Assembly: GCF_040938485.1 (NCBI RefSeq)
Contig: NW_027271504.1
Span: forward strand, 1,364,001-1,428,000
Origin: Diadema antillarum
Taxonomy: Eukaryota
Reading direction: 5' to 3'
Length of the DNA stretch: 64,000 nt
Positions 63,139-64,000 of the stretch are shown here, piece by piece (position 1 is the first letter of the stretch; the number at the start of each line of letters is the position of its first letter). Below the pieces are notes generated by a model. That model had not been told where the DNA came from and made no database searches. It worked only from the letters and a program-made list of their open reading frames with translations. The translations under genes were made by a program, and so were the position numbers.

Positions 63139-64000
63139 ATGTCTTCTGCTGACAGCATGGCTGATACGGTAAGGTTCTGTATAATATCACAGACTAAACT
63201 TTACTATAATAACACTATCGAATTACGATGTCGTTTCAATGTCTATGCAACAAACTTCATTTGATGAACATTTCGAATTAATATTACATGGAACTTGGTT
63301 GGTAAAATGAAATGGCCAATCGTATTAGATGTATGAGTTGGATATCGAGCTACTATTTCGACGTGTTGTTTCATCTCGCTGTGAAAATGTAGAGATCAAC
63401 AGAGATAATAAAAGCGATTTGTGTTACAGAGAGGGAAAGACATAAACACAGAAAGACAAACAGCGACTACATGCGTGCAATGGGAGAAATGAAGACTGTA
63501 CGAAAGACTGTATAGTGCACTGAGAAGACAGGGAGAGAGAGAAGGGGGGGGGGGCGGGAGGGGTGGAGAATCAATGGGCACCGACCGTGGGGAGAAACAT
63601 CATGATATTGTGCATGCGACCCTGACATCCATTGATATTATCTTGCGCCCACTTTACATTTCCTTTCACAGACCAAGTCTGATTCAACCAATGTGCGGTC
63701 AGGATGCTCCGCATTTTGCTGTCTACCAATCTCCAAGCCAAAGTTCTCGCTCTCTGCGAGAAGACTTTGCCAAAGATTCCGCCGACGTTCTACCAAAGTT
63801 GTAGAATTTCTGCCACCAACAGACAACTCGTCGGAATCTCCTGGTCGACATTCGCTGCAGCCACCGCAGATGAACGACGTCGGTAGTGATCAACTGACGT
63901 CATCGACCATCTTCCTTGCAACCCCGAAATCTGCTCGCCGGCAGAGGTCCGACGACAACACAGATTTTGTTGTGGTTCAACACTCAAAATTACACGGGCA
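63139..64000 (+). CDS. Probable 5' part of an uncharacterised gene; exons 63139-63168 and 63672 to beyond the window end
   Basis: ATG...GATACG|GTAAGG (phase 0) joins a polypyrimidine acceptor tttcctttcacag|ACC (phase 0). The frame is open for 109 codons to the edge: MSSADSMADT|TKSDSTNVRSGCSAFCCLPISKPKFSLSARRLCQRFRRRSTKVVEFLPP... It is missed by the ORF track, and I do not recognise a homologue. Confidence 0.5.

Noticed and set aside
63638-63987. Minus-strand ORFs as possible upstream NGLY1 exons
   Set aside because: No PUB or transglutaminase motifs, and all three minus frames contain stops; the plus frame is better supported
1-64000. rRNA, tRNA or an intact transposase/reverse transcriptase gene
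   Set aside because: None recognised by eye; a tRNAscan/Infernal/RepeatMasker run would be needed to exclude degenerate copies

Overview
This is AT-rich, intron-containing animal genomic DNA with four N gaps. It is probably from a marine invertebrate deuterostome such as an echinoid; that is an inference from repeat families and gene content. I assembled spliced genes by hand using GT-AG sites and phase checks. Recognisable genes: the last exon of SLC25A1 (+); HGH1 (-, 3 exons) head-to-head with PGAM5 (+, 5 exons); MED19 (-, 6 exons) divergent from C1QBP (+, 5 exons). Uncharacterised genes: a secreted/GPI-like two-repeat Cys-domain gene (-) with two frameshifts in its last exon; a 4-exon (-) gene encoding an NGLY1-type PAW domain spliced to a 192-aa tail, with no PUB or transglutaminase exons visible in the window; and a probable (+) gene starting at 63139 that runs off the window. 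Non-autonomous DNA elements are abundant: a Helentron-type HINE with a ~330-bp tandem array, three TA-flanked Tigger-like MITEs, 5-bp and 6-bp TSD MITEs, and a CACTG element nested in a TTAA-flanked element. I found no rRNA, tRNA or CRISPR features. The PAW-plus-tail gene is the best candidate for something undescribed.
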